This document shows, one piece after another, positions 62,031 to 64,000 of a stretch of 64,000 nucleotides of DNA (its first letter is position 1; every line of letters begins with the position of its first letter). The position numbers and the translations under genes are program-made. The notes beneath the pieces are model-generated. The model ran no database searches. It worked only from the letters and a program-made list of their open reading frames with translations, and was not told the DNA's origin. Source of the stretch: Haliotis rubra (lineage: Eukaryota). The stretch lies in the NCBI RefSeq assembly GCF_003918875.1, contig NW_025765092.1:1364001-1428000 (forward strand). Reading direction: 5' to 3'.

Positions 62031-63019
62031 AATACACACTCTTTAAATACAACAGTAGTCTCTCATACAGACCCTGAAGCAAATATATCCCAGAAAGCCC
62101 ATGCAAGTCTAGAAAATGTGTCAAGTCTAGATTTCCACAGCTTCAGAAGAAAGTCTCAGGGCTCTTTTTTATGATATTTTATTTTTTAATTATGAGCTTT
62201 TTTCTGTAAAATATTTTCATTTCAGAGACTAGTTGTTAGTCTTAAACAACAGGAACACTTATACATTTATGCAGACTGGACGATGTTTTGCTTATTGTTA
62301 CATATGATGCAGAAATAATGTACACCTGGAAGTAAATTTGCCTATTCAAAAGCTACTTTATTTTTACGTACGTATTAATCTATTAATACATAATATATAA
62401 AAAGATGAATTGTCTTTCTGATTTGCATTTGTTTGATGATTCAATTAGTTCCAGGACGTTTCAATATTAATGAAATAGGAAACCTTTTGATGCATTACAT
62501 TTATGAGAAACATGTGTTGCGTGAGGCTTCATGGTATCTCATATTGTGATGTAGGCTCTGCATCTTCCGAACTGCCAGTGGGGGCGGTGTGGCAGCCAAG
62601 GGGTTCAACTCCCATTTCTGGTGTCCCCCGCCGCGATATTGCTTGAATATTACTAACAGCGGCGTAAAACCATACTCACTCACTACAACCCCCTTACCGT
62701 TTCGCGCCCCCGTCGTGATCAGTACGCGAGCAAACATCTTCACGCGTTCCCTTGATCGCGATAGTAGCGAATATACGCGCTGGGCTCGCGATCTAGTCTG
62801 TCATACAAACCCTGAAAAAGCTATACTCAAAGCAGCCCATGTAAGTCTACTCACTCACTCATCTCAATGGACTAGTGAGGCTCAAGCCTGCGTGGTCCCA
62901 TCACTGATGTTAGATACATTTGCTCAAGGTTTTCATAAAGCCACCTCAGCTTCAAAACCTTCATTGTCTATCTTTTCAAAATAATAGGGATATGATATGT
63001 CGATGATCTGATGCTGTTT

Positions 63020-63240
63020 ACATACCGGTCAAATTGTCAATGATACGCCACAACCAAACTGGCCAGACAGTCCCAGACCGAGACGACCGTGAGTGACCAC
63101 CCTGCAAGGTGACCATCACCTACGCATTGTCCATCTGCGCAACCGGATGCTCACAGTGACGTCATCAGTATCAACAGCATTGGGTCACCACATCAGCAGG
63201 AGCACAGTGATGGGTCGACTGCTTGCTGCCGGCATCCAGA
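63020..63240 (+). mobile_element. Tc1 transposase fragment
   Basis: DSPRPRRP.VTTLQGDHHLRIVHLRNRMLT...ISRSTVMGRLLAAGI, homologous to the HTH region at 56230-56410. Confidence 0.75.
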
Positions 63241-64000
63241 CCTCTCTGCTATTTCCTGGCATCATATTAACCGAATGTGTCAGTACTGTAGTTTCCGACT
63301 CAAGTTGTTCTGGTGTGGAGCAGATAGATCCTTTCAAAGTTAAAACATTTCTCTTTTGTTGCAGTTTATGTAACAAACTGGACATAGGTTCAAAGAGGTA
63401 TGTGGTTAGTTTCTGATGGATATATGAATTATATGACAAGAGGCTGAATTCAATTGTTCCAGCATATAAAGTCTACATTTCCCAGCTGGTTACGTACTTC
63501 AGAGTTTGAATGTTTTTATTTTTATTTTAATTCCATGGAGCCACACCTTTTGTTTACAGCACTGGCTTCACCATCAAAACCCTCGTCAAGTCAGTTCGTA
63601 GATTTAATGGTAGACAATCAAAGTAATTTACATTTATGTCTATCTTATGGACAGGACGTTAACTATAGGGCAGGATATGTTAACCTTGAACACTTGGTGC
63701 CATCACTGATTTTCACTGATAAATGTCCAAATCGTAGTACCCCACCACTCATACAATTCTATCTAAGTGTAAGGTCAGACAAAAAACCAAACACCAAAAA
63801 CAACCAAAACAACCCCAAAAAAAAAAAACCAAACCAAAACCAAATAAAAAACCCTAAAACAACAAAACAACAACAACAAAAACAAAACACAGGAATAATG
63901 ATAATAAAACATTCTAATTTGTTACAGTTTGGCAGGAGTGTTTTACATCATTACTTAACTCACTCACTCGAAACCTATGACGTTATGAAGCTAAACTTTT

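Overview
Eukaryotic, AT-rich, intron-containing animal DNA. It looks molluscan, and the SINE complement suggests a gastropod such as abalone (inference). 1-~33.2 kb: the 3' half of a + strand PPIP5K/VIP1 gene (bifunctional InsP6/PP-InsP5 kinase with a histidine-phosphatase domain). I reconstructed 16 in-frame coding exons from 3680 to the stop at 29930, including one GC-AG intron, several phase-1/1 cassette-type exons and a long 3' UTR; this region is visibly CpG-depleted. 34.7-44.1 kb: a complete 5-exon, 234-aa METTL27/WBSCR27-like SAM-dependent methyltransferase on the - strand. 51.6-59.7 kb: two further, disabled copies of its first coding exon on the + strand. The 3' end and splice donor of one copy have been amplified into a ~3 kb, ~107-bp satellite. 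The rest is repeats: three SINE families (tRNA-derived A; non-tRNA B with a conserved pseudoknot-like 5' end; Meta-type C), decayed Tc1/mariner and pogo transposons, MITEs/hairpins, Helentron-like elements, a LINE 3' fragment, a 787-bp tandem duplication, and 39/69/107-bp tandem arrays. All calls were made by eye, and homology statements rest on recalled family sequences, not database searches.
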